Virus record (IMG/VR): IMGVR_UViG_3300031760_003956
Location: 30,226 to 94,225 of that record
Direction: 5' to 3' (one strand)
DNA length: 64,000 bases
Origin: a virus
Lineage: Duplodnaviria > Caudoviricetes
The notes beneath the pieces were generated by a model. That model made no database searches. It worked only from the letters and a program-made list of their open reading frames with translations, and had not been told where the DNA came from. A program made the position numbers and the translations under genes. Shown here in pieces: positions 51,010 through 62,301 of the stretch (its first letter is position 1; each line of letters opens with the position of its first letter).

Positions 51010-51618
51010 TTACTCCTTTAGTAATGTGATTTCTTTATTTTTAAATGTTTCTTTAACATCAATAATGCGTTGATTTGTACTACCACGAAAAGCAAGGGTT
51101 AAGTCACGTTGAGATTCTATATATCTACCATCTACGATATAATCAACATAAGTCAAAATATTTAATTGTTTGGAAAGAAAATCAAAATTCTCCAAAAACC
51201 TTTTAGGCTCATTTTTATCAAAATATTTTTGTTCTTCTAAAATGAATAATAGTAGATTTGCTTCATCATCTTCCGTAGGTTTATAAAATTCACCGTAAAT
51301 TGTTCTTCCTGTATATAACCATATTTTTTTATCAGGAAAAATTTCTTTTACCATTTGGACTATCAGCAATACACCTTCAACATTTTCTTTGGCTAAAGGC
51401 TCACCACCCAATATAGTTAAACGTGTTATGTAAGGCTTATTTAATAATTCAAGTATTTCGTTAAGAATCTCGTTCGTAAATTCTTTACCACCGTTAAAAT
51501 CCCACGTTTCTTGATTAAAACAACCTTTACAATGCAAATCACAACCTTGAACAAAGATTGATATTCCTAATCCCTTGCCATTAGTAACATCTAATTCATT
51601 AATCTTCGCATATCTCAT
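51010..51618 (-). CDS. nrdG: Anaerobic ribonucleotide reductase activase
   Basis: Start MRYAKI at 51618; GCDLHCKGCFN, LGGEP, FRGSTNQR. Confidence 0.92.
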   Translation of the reverse strand: MRYAKINELDVTNGKGLGISIFVQGCDLHCKGCFNQETWDFNGGKEFTNEILNEILELLNKPYITRLTILGGEPLAKENVEGVLLIVQMVKEIFPDKKIWLYTGRTIYGEFYKPTEDDEANLLLFILEEQKYFDKNEPKRFLENFDFLSKQLNILTYVDYIVDGRYIESQRDLTLAFRGSTNQRIIDVKETFKNKEITLLKE

Positions 51619-53881
51619 TCTTTTCACCGCCTGTATATTCGTGGTTGTCAAGATGAACATATCTATCTTTGATTTCCTCGGTTCTACCAGCGTTCCAAAA
51701 ATGAGAGCCAATGTAACCGCAAGTACGTCTTGCTACATTCATTTTGTCTTGATTTCTGTTTCCACAATTAGGACATTCCCAAATTAATTTACCGCCCTCA
51801 TCAATAATCTTTATTTCACCATCATAACCGCAAACCTGACAATAATCGCTCTTAGTATTTAATTCAGCATACATAATATTCTCGTAAATGTACTGCATTA
51901 ATTTAATTACTACATCAAGATTATTTGATAAATCTACAGCTTCAACATATGAAATAGCACCACCGGGGGATAACTGCTGATATTCACTTTCAACCTTTAA
52001 TTTTGTGAACGGGTCAATCTTTTCTCTTACGTTAATATGATAACTATTTGTAATATAATCGTGGTCTGTAATTCCCTCAATAATACCAAATTTCTCTTTA
52101 AGACATTTAGCAAATTTATAGGTAGTTGATTCAATCGGAGAGCCGTAAACTGAATAGTCGATATTTTCTTCGGCTTTCCATTTAGCACAAGCGTCATTAA
52201 GTGCTTGCATAACCTTTAAACCAAATTCCTTGCCTTTACCACCTGAGTGAGATTCACCAGTCATATATTTAACACATTCATATAAGCCAGCATATCCAAG
52301 AGAAATTGTTGAGTAACCATTATATAACAGTTTATCTATTTTCTCGCCCTTTTTAAGTCTTGCAAATGCTCCGTGTTGCCAAAGGATAGGTGCAACATCA
52401 GATGTAATACCCAAGAGTTTCTTGTGTTTACATTTTAAACCTTTATGACATAACTCTAATCTTTCATCAAGTAAATCCCAGAACACATCAAAATCACCCT
52501 CGGAAGATAAAGCAACGTCAACCAAATTAATTGTGACTACACCCTGATTGAATCTACCGTAATACTTGTGTTTATTCGGAATATAGTTTTTAGCATTAGC
52601 AATATTACCAATACCATTATCTGTAAATCTGTCGGGGGTAAGGAATGACCGGCAACCCATACAGGGATATACGTCACCTTTGAGTTCAAGCATTTTCTTT
52701 TCAGAAATCGGGTCAGGTGTCATTCTCTTTGCCATACATAAAGCTGCAAGTTTAGTGAGATAATAATACTTTGAATCTTCAAATATATTATCTTTCTCTA
52801 AAACATAAAGCAATTTAGGAAATTCAACAGTAACATATTCACCAACTTCATTTTTCATACCGAGGATTCTCTGTTTAAAAAATTCTTCGATAAGCATAGC
52901 AAGTTCTTCTTTGTATTCATCGGTTTCACCTAAATACATAAAAACACTCAAAAATGGTGCTTGTCCGTTGACTGTGAACATTGTATTAATTTGATAATTG
53001 AAAGTCTGTACAGAATCTTCGATTTCTTTCTTTAATCTTTGCTTTGCGTTCCGAATAATTATCTTTTCAATCTCATCGGATTTATTAGTTGTAGAGAAGA
53101 AATCAATAACTTCTGCAAATTCTTTTCTTACATCTTCTAAATGTTTATTATAACTATCTCTTACAAAAGGAGCTAAATGCGTTAAAGTAATCGTTGTACC
53201 ACCATACTGAGAAGAAGCGACAGCCGTAATAATCTGTGTAGCTATTGTTGTTGCAGTAATCAATCTATGTGGTTTCTCAATAGTCTTACCGTTCATTACT
53301 GTACCATTCTGTAATTGGTCGTCAAGATTAAATACACAACAATTGTTCTTAGCTTCTTCGGCATAATAATCTACATCGTGAAAATGAATTGCTCCATTGT
53401 CGTGATTTTCGATTACATCAGGTGGTAAGTCTTTTCTCGCAATATATTTACTTACAATACCAGCCATATAATCACGCTGGACTTTTATTTCTTTTACGTT
53501 CTTATTGGAATTTTCTGTGTTCCAATATTCGTTTTTACCGCCAACCATCTCTTTGATTTCGTCTTCAATAGAATTATGTTCTCTCTGAAATTCTCTAATA
53601 CTACGATAATCTTCATATGATTTTGCAGTTAATTTTTGACGCTTAGTTATCAATTTATTGAAAACCTGAGTTTCAATATCTGAAATTGTAACGAATTTAG
53701 AATCTCTGTTTTCTTCGTAGATTTCATCGGCTATACTCTGTGCAATCTGCGGTTTATAAATACCACTACCGTTTTTCATAGCCTTTGAGATAGCACTAAC
53801 AATCTTGTCTTTGTCAAACTCAACCTGTCTGCCATCTCGTTTGATAACTTTCATTCTCATCACTCCTTTATTATTATTCAC
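51599..53881 (-). CDS. nrdD: Anaerobic ribonucleoside-triphosphate reductase with ATP cone
   Basis: VIKRDGR ATP cone; NCC, MGCRS, YITNSYH, CQVC..CPNC, RRTCGYI glycyl-radical motif. Confidence 0.95.
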   Translation of the reverse strand: MNNNKGVMRMKVIKRDGRQVEFDKDKIVSAISKAMKNGSGIYKPQIAQSIADEIYEENRDSKFVTISDIETQVFNKLITKRQKLTAKSYEDYRSIREFQREHNSIEDEIKEMVGGKNEYWNTENSNKNVKEIKVQRDYMAGIVSKYIARKDLPPDVIENHDNGAIHFHDVDYYAEEAKNNCCVFNLDDQLQNGTVMNGKTIEKPHRLITATTIATQIITAVASSQYGGTTITLTHLAPFVRDSYNKHLEDVRKEFAEVIDFFSTTNKSDEIEKIIIRNAKQRLKKEIEDSVQTFNYQINTMFTVNGQAPFLSVFMYLGETDEYKEELAMLIEEFFKQRILGMKNEVGEYVTVEFPKLLYVLEKDNIFEDSKYYYLTKLAALCMAKRMTPDPISEKKMLELKGDVYPCMGCRSFLTPDRFTDNGIGNIANAKNYIPNKHKYYGRFNQGVVTINLVDVALSSEGDFDVFWDLLDERLELCHKGLKCKHKKLLGITSDVAPILWQHGAFARLKKGEKIDKLLYNGYSTISLGYAGLYECVKYMTGESHSGGKGKEFGLKVMQALNDACAKWKAEENIDYSVYGSPIESTTYKFAKCLKEKFGIIEGITDHDYITNSYHINVREKIDPFTKLKVESEYQQLSPGGAISYVEAVDLSNNLDVVIKLMQYIYENIMYAELNTKSDYCQVCGYDGEIKIIDEGGKLIWECPNCGNRNQDKMNVARRTCGYIGSHFWNAGRTEEIKDRYVHLDNHEYTGGEKNEICED

Positions 53882-53970
53882 GTTGTTTAAATAACAAACA
53901 TTACAATCTCAAAAACGAAATTGTAATATTTGTTTTACACTATTATTATACAATAAACAATATAAAAAAT

Positions 53971-56900
53971 TTAGTGTGTTTCTGATTTATTTTTATTTTC
54001 TTCAATTCTTTTTGTCATCAATTCAACCATATTAGTATCACGTTTTAAATGTGCTTTTTTCATAACAGCTTGATTCACGGTTTGAACCGAACCGAAATGA
54101 TAACACTTTTCTTTCATTCTCGTTAATCCTGTGTAGATTAAATTAGAATTTAGCATATAAATATGGGATTGAGGGGTAATTAAAATTACAGTTTTAATAC
54201 TGCTTCCTTGCGACTTATGTATCGTAATACAGTACCCTAACTGTATCATTTTGAGATTTTCTTTCGTATATCTTACAAGTTCACCATCAAAATCAATAAC
54301 AACTATATTATTTTTAATTAAACGGATATTACCCGTTTCGCCGTTAGCAATTAAAACTTCTATTGCTTTACCTTCCGGCGTATACCTCAATTCACCATTT
54401 TTCAAACACTTATGAGCCTTGTAATTATTGACGTTCTGTATAACAATGTCATCAACATAGTAAGTGGTATCACCATATGTAATATTCATTGGACTACCAT
54501 ATCTTTTGTTAGCAACCTTTTGAATAATCTCATTAAGTTTTTGTGTACCTAAATCGCCTTTCTTTTGAGAACTCAAAACTTGAATATCCTCAACTTCATT
54601 ACCATTCTCTAATAATTTACGATAAAGCCCAACAACTTGATTTGTAATCATTTCAGGTGGTAAGTCAATATAAGTATAATCTTTATTGTTACCAAAAGTA
54701 GTAATCTGTCGTTTCATATCATCGGTAAGATATTTTCGATTAAGTCTTGTGTCAGTAGCGACTTTCATCAAACCGCCATCTGAGTACCTAAATACTTTCG
54801 TCAATACCGTAGTAGGAATACAATCAATCTCCATAAAATTATGAAGTAGATTACCACAACCGACAGAACACAACTGAGCATTATCACCAATCAAAAGAAG
54901 TCGTGTTATATTGAAATCAATAGCGTCAATCAAATGTGTAAACAAGTCAACGTCTACCATAGAAAACTCATCACAAATAACAACATCTGTATCAATCTTG
55001 TTTTCTTTATTTAAACCCCAACCTGTTTTCGGATTGTAACATAATCCTCTGTGAACTGTACTTGCCGGTCTATTAGTGTAACCTTTGATAACTTTTGCAG
55101 CTTTACCCGTGGGAGCGAAAATGGAATACGATAAACCATTGTCATCAAGCATATTAATAATAGCTTGTGTGGACGCACTTTTTCCTGAATTACCAGTAAT
55201 AAAAATTCTATTATTTCTACGAAGTACAAGCATATGACTGGGAACAGTAAAACAATATTCATACCCATCTTTTGTTATATATGGCGTTATTGGAGTTTTA
55301 ATATGATTAGGTCTATTGTCGACACACATCTGTATTAAATTTCGCTTTGTATGGTGAACAACGTATTCTATTGCTTTTCTAATATATATTTTACCATTTG
55401 TTGTATAAGGTTGATTTTGTCTGTCGATTATTGCAATAGTTGCTCTATACCCCAAAGATGAAAAAACAAACTGAACAAAATCTGCGTCATTTTTACTTGT
55501 AGTAGAATACCTATTTTTCTTTAAATAATCGCTATCCCAATAATTTATTTCATCGGCTATTACTCTTAATTGATGTTCGTTGCAATTATACCACTCTTTA
55601 GGAAAATGTTTATACCTAAAAGGTACTGTTACATAATAATCATCATACCCTTTTTCTGCTGATTGTGTTGTTCTATACTCATAACCGAGCCTATTAACAA
55701 TTTCTATTAATCTTTGTTTTTTTCGTTTCTTTTTTAAATGGAATCTCGCTTGTCTATATGTTGAATCGGAATAATTCATTTGAGATTTATAAAAACTACC
55801 ATCAGCAAAAGTGGCAATCATTAATCTTATTTCATCATCTGATAAATCAATACCCCTACCGCTATAACAAAAAGAAGTAATAAATTTACCCCTAAAGCCA
55901 TTTTTTTCGTGCCGTTCTCGCAATTCTTTAAAACGTATTATTTGTATATTCCCTCTTGACGTAATGTAAACGCAGTTATGATTATCTGATAAACATTGAT
56001 TTAAACCATATTTGGTTTCAAACAACCATAGTTGATTATTTTTATGTTTTATGTAGTTATAAGGATATACTAATTCAGCCGTTCCGTCTTCATTATATTG
56101 TAACACTCTTTCTCCTTCGGTATAATCTGATATTTTCTTCCATTCTCTACCATTAAAATATTCAGTATCACAATCTACACAACCGGCTGCTCCGATAAGC
56201 ATACTAATATTATACTTACACAGATTCTTAATACCACCAAGCTGTTCTTCGGATAAATCAAATCCATCTACCTTTTTATATTTTTCAACGTCAAAATCCC
56301 ATTTATTATCGGTTTCAACATTGTCAATTATTGTTTCTGCTATATACTTTTCTTTATCATAAGTAGACCGCAACGCAATCATCAATGTATCTTTGTTATA
56401 GATAATATCAGAATCTTGAATTGCAGACGGAAATTTATCACAACAGGACGGTACTAACTTAATACATTGTTTTCGTATCTGTATGATATTTGCTTTAGTA
56501 TTACCTTCTTCTTCATTTTGTTGAAGCAGATATTTAACACAAGCAGCACAGCGATACTCAGAAGTTTTTAAGTCATATTCAAACTCAACAACATCATTGG
56601 CTTGCATTTCAATTAACAAGGTATCAGCCTTAGAGAATCCTACAGAAGCAATAGAGCATAAACACTTATAGGGATTCTCTCTGAGTTTCTTTCTCAACAT
56701 CTCAACGGAAGTATATTTTTCATAAATTCGTTTCAACATTGTAAAACTCAAATAACCTTTAAACTCAATAATTAAATCAGCAAGACAGAAATTCTCGATA
56801 ATTTTATTTACAATCTTATCAAGACTTTTCTCTCCAATACCTTTAAGATTATTAACATTAATCTCTTTGACTCGCCCATTCTTTACTAATTGAATAATAT

Positions 56901-57246
56901 CAGGATATTTAGTAAAGATTTCAGTAGCTTGATTAATAGTAAGAATCCCACATAAGAACTCAAATATATCTTCGGGAGCAGTTAATTCATCTCTTGAAAT
57001 ATTAACCACCTCATATGAAGTGCCGTATTTTGTTTCTTTCGGAATAGCAGCAATAGTATATTCAACACCACCATCTAAATCAATTAACTCACCACAAATA
57101 CTTACATTACCGTATCTATTAACTTTTATATCGGGGTACAAGTTTTTATTTACTCTCATACCATAAACTTTAAAATCATCTGAATCGTAAACCTTACGCT
57201 CCATTACTCCTTTAAAGTTTATCATCTGTTCTAAATCTTTACCCAT
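53971..57246 (-). CDS. RecD2-like SF1B helicase containing an intein
   Basis: HhH N-terminus; Walker A GAAG|SGKS split by intein; APTGKAA, DEFSMVD, GDNAQL, TIHKSQGS, YTGLTR. Confidence 0.9.
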   Translation of the reverse strand: MGKDLEQMINFKGVMERKVYDSDDFKVYGMRVNKNLYPDIKVNRYGNVSICGELIDLDGGVEYTIAAIPKETKYGTSYEVVNISRDELTAPEDIFEFLCGILTINQATEIFTKYPDIIQLVKNGRVKEINVNNLKGIGEKSLDKIVNKIIENFCLADLIIEFKGYLSFTMLKRIYEKYTSVEMLRKKLRENPYKCLCSIASVGFSKADTLLIEMQANDVVEFEYDLKTSEYRCAACVKYLLQQNEEEGNTKANIIQIRKQCIKLVPSCCDKFPSAIQDSDIIYNKDTLMIALRSTYDKEKYIAETIIDNVETDNKWDFDVEKYKKVDGFDLSEEQLGGIKNLCKYNISMLIGAAGCVDCDTEYFNGREWKKISDYTEGERVLQYNEDGTAELVYPYNYIKHKNNQLWLFETKYGLNQCLSDNHNCVYITSRGNIQIIRFKELRERHEKNGFRGKFITSFCYSGRGIDLSDDEIRLMIATFADGSFYKSQMNYSDSTYRQARFHLKKKRKKQRLIEIVNRLGYEYRTTQSAEKGYDDYYVTVPFRYKHFPKEWYNCNEHQLRVIADEINYWDSDYLKKNRYSTTSKNDADFVQFVFSSLGYRATIAIIDRQNQPYTTNGKIYIRKAIEYVVHHTKRNLIQMCVDNRPNHIKTPITPYITKDGYEYCFTVPSHMLVLRRNNRIFITGNSGKSASTQAIINMLDDNGLSYSIFAPTGKAAKVIKGYTNRPASTVHRGLCYNPKTGWGLNKENKIDTDVVICDEFSMVDVDLFTHLIDAIDFNITRLLLIGDNAQLCSVGCGNLLHNFMEIDCIPTTVLTKVFRYSDGGLMKVATDTRLNRKYLTDDMKRQITTFGNNKDYTYIDLPPEMITNQVVGLYRKLLENGNEVEDIQVLSSQKKGDLGTQKLNEIIQKVANKRYGSPMNITYGDTTYYVDDIVIQNVNNYKAHKCLKNGELRYTPEGKAIEVLIANGETGNIRLIKNNIVVIDFDGELVRYTKENLKMIQLGYCITIHKSQGSSIKTVILITPQSHIYMLNSNLIYTGLTRMKEKCYHFGSVQTVNQAVMKKAHLKRDTNMVELMTKRIEENKNKSETH
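55189..56181 (-). mobile_element. Intein (331 aa) with LAGLIDADG-like endonuclease in helicase Walker A
   Basis: N-terminal CVDCDTEYF, block B LSDNHN, LMIATFADGSF, block F YCFTVPSHMLV, C-terminal ITGN followed by Ser+1. Confidence 0.9.
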
Positions 57247-57248
57247 AT

Positions 57249-60200
57249 CTACCTCTTTACAACTTCATATTCGGTCAATACCTGTTCGGTTTCTTCGACT
57301 TCAACCCATTTATCATTTACCAATTTTCTTTTGTTCTTATTATCGAATTTATTGATTTTCAAAATTGAGTATAATCCAAATGGATTTTGTTTATAAACCT
57401 TGCTCTGCGAAATTTTGGTTGATACTTCTTCTCCTGTACGGAGATTGTGTACTACAATATACGGTTTTGTATCTGATTTATAGGTCGTGTATGATACTAC
57501 AATATAAAGGTTTTCTTCTGATTTATTATCTTTATATGTACTATAATCAAGGTATTCTATCTCGGCTCTAACATACTCTTGTATGTGAAGCGATTTATTT
57601 GGTATGTTTTTAATAAGTGCTTTTAACAAACCCTTATTATCAATTTCTCGGTATTGTTTAGCGGTTTCTTTATTTGAATACTGTCTTACAATACATTCTG
57701 TTACTCCATAATCTTCATAAGCTGGTAAACCCTTATCTCTATCTTTATCGGGTTCTCGTAGTTTTTCTTTGTTAATTTGACTACAAGTTAATATAGAGGG
57801 TAAAACCGTTTTCAGAGTTGATTTTACTCCTACTGTCATCTTAACGCCAAAATATAAATCAACGATTCGCAATAGATAAGCACTTCTACCAAAATCAGAA
57901 AAGTAATTCAAAGAAATCAAAATTTTTAATTGCTTTATATTAATACTAATCTTGTTCTCTTTATCAGAGATACAATTTAATAACTCAACAAAATCTTTAA
58001 ATTTTCTTGATTGAGATAACTCAAATAATTCCTCAGCCATTTGCTCATTACAATACTTGATTGAACCAATACCTTTATATATAGCATTGTGTTCTTTATC
58101 TATAGTGTACTTCGCAGAAGATTTACCGAATTTAATCGGATAGAGTGTAATACCGAAATGTGATAACTCATTATTGAGTTTATTGGTACGTTTTAAATCA
58201 CCCGAATAAACCGTTAAAGCAACAGTATAATATTCAAGAGGATAATGAACCTTTAAGTACGCTCCATATAGACAATCAATAGCCGTTGCAACAGCGTGGG
58301 GACTCGCAAAACCATAACTCATACAACCTTGTATCATTTCCCACGTTGTATCAAATGCGTCCATAGAACCCGTGTTTTTCAACCACGTTGTTTTGATACG
58401 TTCTTCGAGGTTTTTGAAATCTTCGGGCTTAATCTTTTTCTTTGAAATCTTTTTTATCAATCCAATTGACTCAGCCGGAGTTACACCCAGCCATTCAAAG
58501 TATTGCATAAGATTCTCTTGGAATAAAATATAGCCATTTGTAGAAGATAAAACCTCATCTAAATATTTAGAACCCGTTGTAAAATCTTCTCTTGCTATAA
58601 ACCCATCACGCCAAGCATTAAAGAACGGTCTTAGACAAGCTACGAACATAGCCATATCAGAGTAGTTCTTAGGCTTAAACGATTTAAGTAACGAGGTAGC
58701 CCAATCACCATCGACCTGATTAAGAGTACAAGTCAATTCTTTTGCGAATATATCCCATATTCTCTTATCATCTTTAATAGAATCTAATAATTCTTTTACT
58801 GTGATAATAGGCTTACCAATTAATTTAAAGGTTTCATCAATCAATTTATATACTGTAACAATAAGAAAATCATCTTTGAGCATTTTAAACTCATCGGCTT
58901 CACTTGATGTTACCATTACACAAAAGCTATCACCGATTTTTACTACACCATATTCTTCTCGTAAATCTTTGTTGTCAAGAACGTGGGCACAAGGGTGTGG
59001 AGAAACCGATACTATAACATCAATATATTTCTTAGCTTCTTCGATATACGGTTTCCACTTTTTATTTTCGGAATAATCTTCAATGTTTTTCGCAACCTCA
59101 TTATACTCATCATAAGGTAAATCGTGAGTACGGCAAACATTTCTAAACGCTTCACCCATCTGCATAGTACCGTATGCAATCATAGGATAACAGCCGTGTT
59201 CACCGAGAAGTTCTTTAGCAGCTTTAACAAAAGGCTCTTGTGATACAACATTGAAATCTATATCCGGCAAGGCTCTATTTTCAAGAAGTCTTGCCGTACT
59301 CATAAATCTCTCAGGATATAGTTTAATATCCAATCTAAACCTATCGAGCTGAGTCATACCAAGAATCTTATTAATATAGAAAGCACCGCAACTACCACGA
59401 CCAGTACGAGTAAGTACGCCTTTGTATTTATTAACAGCTAAATCAACTAATTTCTCATTAAATAAGAAGTAATCGGCTGTGTTTATTTCTTTTGTCTGCT
59501 CAATTACTTTCATTTCCTCACGAATACCTTGTTTATATATTGGTAATTCTTCGGCTGTTATCTCGTCTGTTTTAATAATCTCTTTAAATCGTTTAGAAAC
59601 GTGAGATTTTAACTCAACGATTTTTTCATCAGCAGATAAATTAGGATAGATACTCGGCATTTTAATACTGTAATCAATATTTATATCCTCACAATTCCTA
59701 AATATCAACGTGTTTCTTATGGCGGTTTCTATCTGTAACGGGGATAACACACCTTGTTTCATAAACCGATTATAAAAGGTATCATAATCAGGATAATCTA
59801 AAATATAAGTATCTTCATCGCCGTAATTCATACCCTTACCTTTAAGAAATTCAAGTCTATCTTTAGCTTGTTCAGGATAAATATAATGACTATCATTAGC
59901 AGCTATCAATTCAAGATTGAATTTATCAGCTAATTTAAGACAGGTCTTATTAATTATCTTCTGATTAATTTCATTATGATTCTGTACTTCAAGAAATAAG
60001 TTTTTGCCAAAGTGTTTCATTAACGGCATAAAGATATTCAGAATTGCGTTTTTATCTCTTAGGATACCGGCAACACAAGCAGTAGTAATAAACACATCAT
60101 CGGGATTTAACTTCAATAAATCTTCAATAAAAATACGAGGTTTATAATAATAACCCTCCATATTTGCACGACTGAGTATCAAATTAACCTTTTTTCTCGC

Positions 60201-60488
60201 TACATTGTCTTTTGGAATAATTACAATATGATAGTTACGACTATCTTTTTCATAAGGATTTTCAACAATATAACCCTCAACTCCAAATATACATCTAATA
60301 TCGTGTTTTCTACATAAACTTAAAGACTCAAATACATCACCGCCTGTGCCGTGATTCGTAGTAAAATAACACCCGTATCCGAGTTCTTTAATTCTATTTA
60401 TATAATCAATAGTAAAGATGTGACTATCAGGAGTAAAGATATTCGATACTCTGTCGTGTTTATGATAGTTTTCATATTCTGCTATCAT
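57249..60488 (-). CDS. dnaE: DNA polymerase III alpha subunit (family C)
   Basis: PHP NYHKH..TNHG..ANDSHY; GRGS, PDIDF, HPCA, KDDFL, LFQE, YGF..HA. Confidence 0.92.
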   Translation of the reverse strand: MIAEYENYHKHDRVSNIFTPDSHIFTIDYINRIKELGYGCYFTTNHGTGGDVFESLSLCRKHDIRCIFGVEGYIVENPYEKDSRNYHIVIIPKDNVARKKVNLILSRANMEGYYYKPRIFIEDLLKLNPDDVFITTACVAGILRDKNAILNIFMPLMKHFGKNLFLEVQNHNEINQKIINKTCLKLADKFNLELIAANDSHYIYPEQAKDRLEFLKGKGMNYGDEDTYILDYPDYDTFYNRFMKQGVLSPLQIETAIRNTLIFRNCEDINIDYSIKMPSIYPNLSADEKIVELKSHVSKRFKEIIKTDEITAEELPIYKQGIREEMKVIEQTKEINTADYFLFNEKLVDLAVNKYKGVLTRTGRGSCGAFYINKILGMTQLDRFRLDIKLYPERFMSTARLLENRALPDIDFNVVSQEPFVKAAKELLGEHGCYPMIAYGTMQMGEAFRNVCRTHDLPYDEYNEVAKNIEDYSENKKWKPYIEEAKKYIDVIVSVSPHPCAHVLDNKDLREEYGVVKIGDSFCVMVTSSEADEFKMLKDDFLIVTVYKLIDETFKLIGKPIITVKELLDSIKDDKRIWDIFAKELTCTLNQVDGDWATSLLKSFKPKNYSDMAMFVACLRPFFNAWRDGFIAREDFTTGSKYLDEVLSSTNGYILFQENLMQYFEWLGVTPAESIGLIKKISKKKIKPEDFKNLEERIKTTWLKNTGSMDAFDTTWEMIQGCMSYGFASPHAVATAIDCLYGAYLKVHYPLEYYTVALTVYSGDLKRTNKLNNELSHFGITLYPIKFGKSSAKYTIDKEHNAIYKGIGSIKYCNEQMAEELFELSQSRKFKDFVELLNCISDKENKISINIKQLKILISLNYFSDFGRSAYLLRIVDLYFGVKMTVGVKSTLKTVLPSILTCSQINKEKLREPDKDRDKGLPAYEDYGVTECIVRQYSNKETAKQYREIDNKGLLKALIKNIPNKSLHIQEYVRAEIEYLDYSTYKDNKSEENLYIVVSYTTYKSDTKPYIVVHNLRTGEEVSTKISQSKVYKQNPFGLYSILKINKFDNKNKRKLVNDKWVEVEETEQVLTEYEVVKR

Positions 60489-60498
60489 TTTTATCCTC

Positions 60499-61065
60499 TC
60501 AGTTTTCTATAGTTTCTCTTTTAATTAAACTATTCTGTATTGGTAACATACAAACCATTCGTACACCATTGTTCAGTTCTTTGCCGATGATAAAATCACC
60601 TACTGTAACTTCTATATCATTCTCAATATAAAAATCTTCGGGGATTTTATTGTTATAAGTTCTCAAATTGATTAGTTTAACAAATAAATCAGCAATCAAC
60701 TTATAAGCATTAGTGTAAATACCTTCTCGTGTTTTATATGTATCTTCAACACTTGTATAATACTGAAAATCAGCATAACCATTATATTTCAGATACATTG
60801 TAAACTCAGATTTTTCTTTATCGTCATCTCCTGTAACGATTGTATATTCAAGAGTTTCGCCCTTTTTAAGTTTATCAACAACATCAACAAGCGTTTCGAC
60901 TGATTTACCCTCAGAATAATGACTAAGGATTTCAAGCGAATTAATAAACGGATAAGTCGCCAGCGACCTCATAAATCCACCGCTTACATTTGTTTTATTT
61001 GCTTTTAATCTCTGTTGAATAAACTGTTTTGAATTTGGTTTTAATCTACATTTCAATTTAACCAC
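60499..61065 (-). CDS. Hypothetical protein
   Basis: 188-aa ORF in replication operon. Confidence 0.55.
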   Translation of the reverse strand: MVKLKCRLKPNSKQFIQQRLKANKTNVSGGFMRSLATYPFINSLEILSHYSEGKSVETLVDVVDKLKKGETLEYTIVTGDDDKEKSEFTMYLKYNGYADFQYYTSVEDTYKTREGIYTNAYKLIADLFVKLINLRTYNNKIPEDFYIENDIEVTVGDFIIGKELNNGVRMVCMLPIQNSLIKRETIEN

Positions 61066-61066
61066 C

Positions 61067-62299
61067 TCATTCTAACTCATTAAGCCAGCTTAAATCATCG
61101 TCTTTTGCAGAAGTGGTGGTTGTATTACCGCCAACTCCTTTGAACGTATTACCAAAAGCACTATCAGATTCTTCAAGCGTTTTAAGATATTCATTATATG
61201 GCTTGTGTAATTCTGCACTATAACCGCATAAATTAGCGAAATAATAAGAATTAGCTTTGACCTGTTCTTCGGTATCAAAGAAAATCATTTCGTTACCAGT
61301 TTCGTTATAATCTTTCTCTCGTAACTCAATATCCTTGATTGTGGCAATTACAAGGTCAGTCCACTTCTCAATTAACTTATCGGATAACGGTATGTAAACA
61401 TAACAATCGTCAACCTCAAACATATCCTTTACTTCATCAGGTAGACAATTAATATCGTTAGTATCTATAAGTCGTTTCAAATAATAATCAACCTGTAATG
61501 AATAACCGAGTTTTTTAAGCCACATTTTAGCATTTGACTGTAATTTCTCACCCAACTCTCTACGCTCAATATCACGATACTTCTCATTACCTTTGGAATC
61601 GTGGTATTTGACCGTAACATATTTTAAGAAATTCCAACAAATTTTAATATTCTCTTTCGCTATACCTTTCTGTATTAACGCAAGAGCATATAATACAAGC
61701 TGCCCCGATAATTCCTCAACCTTTTTACCACTATATTTAGTAGAGGTCTTCCAATCTATGATTCGATAGATTTGTTTAGATTCTTTAGATTTCTCATCGC
61801 TTTTTTCTTCGCTCGTTTCAGGTGTCGTCTTTGGCTCTTTATAGATAACATCAATATAGCCTTGTAAATACGAAGTGCCGGTTTTGATTGTAACAAATTG
61901 CTCATTCTTCACTCGCTCCTTTTCAAGTGGTTTATGGTGCAAGAAAAATTCTTTAAGATTCTCATAATATCTATCGCCAATCTTTTCATTTTTCTCGCCA
62001 TCACACCTGTCAAATTTCAATCCCGAAATATCAATAGCATTAGTCCAAGCGTCAACGAAATAATCTTCCATATCTTCGTACTTGATTTCGCCATTGTAAA
62101 ACTTTTCAAGAATACTATGACAAATACCACCCATAATCGGATAGACAGAATTTGTGTTATCTTCTTTAGCCCTCAATACATATTTTAAGAAATACTCATA
62201 CGGAGAACTTATAAACTTATCAATTCTCGACCAACTATAAAGAGTATCAACGCCTAACTTAGCTTGAATTTGATTAAGTTCTTCTTTGGATAACTTCAT
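61067..62299 (-). CDS. PD-(D/E)XK nuclease (RecB/AddB-like)
   Basis: SWSRI, GGICHSILE, LQGYIDV...IIDWKTS...QLVLY. Confidence 0.82.
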   Translation of the reverse strand: MKLSKEELNQIQAKLGVDTLYSWSRIDKFISSPYEYFLKYVLRAKEDNTNSVYPIMGGICHSILEKFYNGEIKYEDMEDYFVDAWTNAIDISGLKFDRCDGEKNEKIGDRYYENLKEFFLHHKPLEKERVKNEQFVTIKTGTSYLQGYIDVIYKEPKTTPETSEEKSDEKSKESKQIYRIIDWKTSTKYSGKKVEELSGQLVLYALALIQKGIAKENIKICWNFLKYVTVKYHDSKGNEKYRDIERRELGEKLQSNAKMWLKKLGYSLQVDYYLKRLIDTNDINCLPDEVKDMFEVDDCYVYIPLSDKLIEKWTDLVIATIKDIELREKDYNETGNEMIFFDTEEQVKANSYYFANLCGYSAELHKPYNEYLKTLEESDSAFGNTFKGVGGNTTTTSAKDDDLSWLNELE

Positions 62300-62301
62300 A
62301 T

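Noticed and set aside
51619-51711. Extended N-terminus of NrdG as given in the ORF track
   Set aside because: Overlaps the nrdD end; typical start MRYAKI with RBS is at 51618
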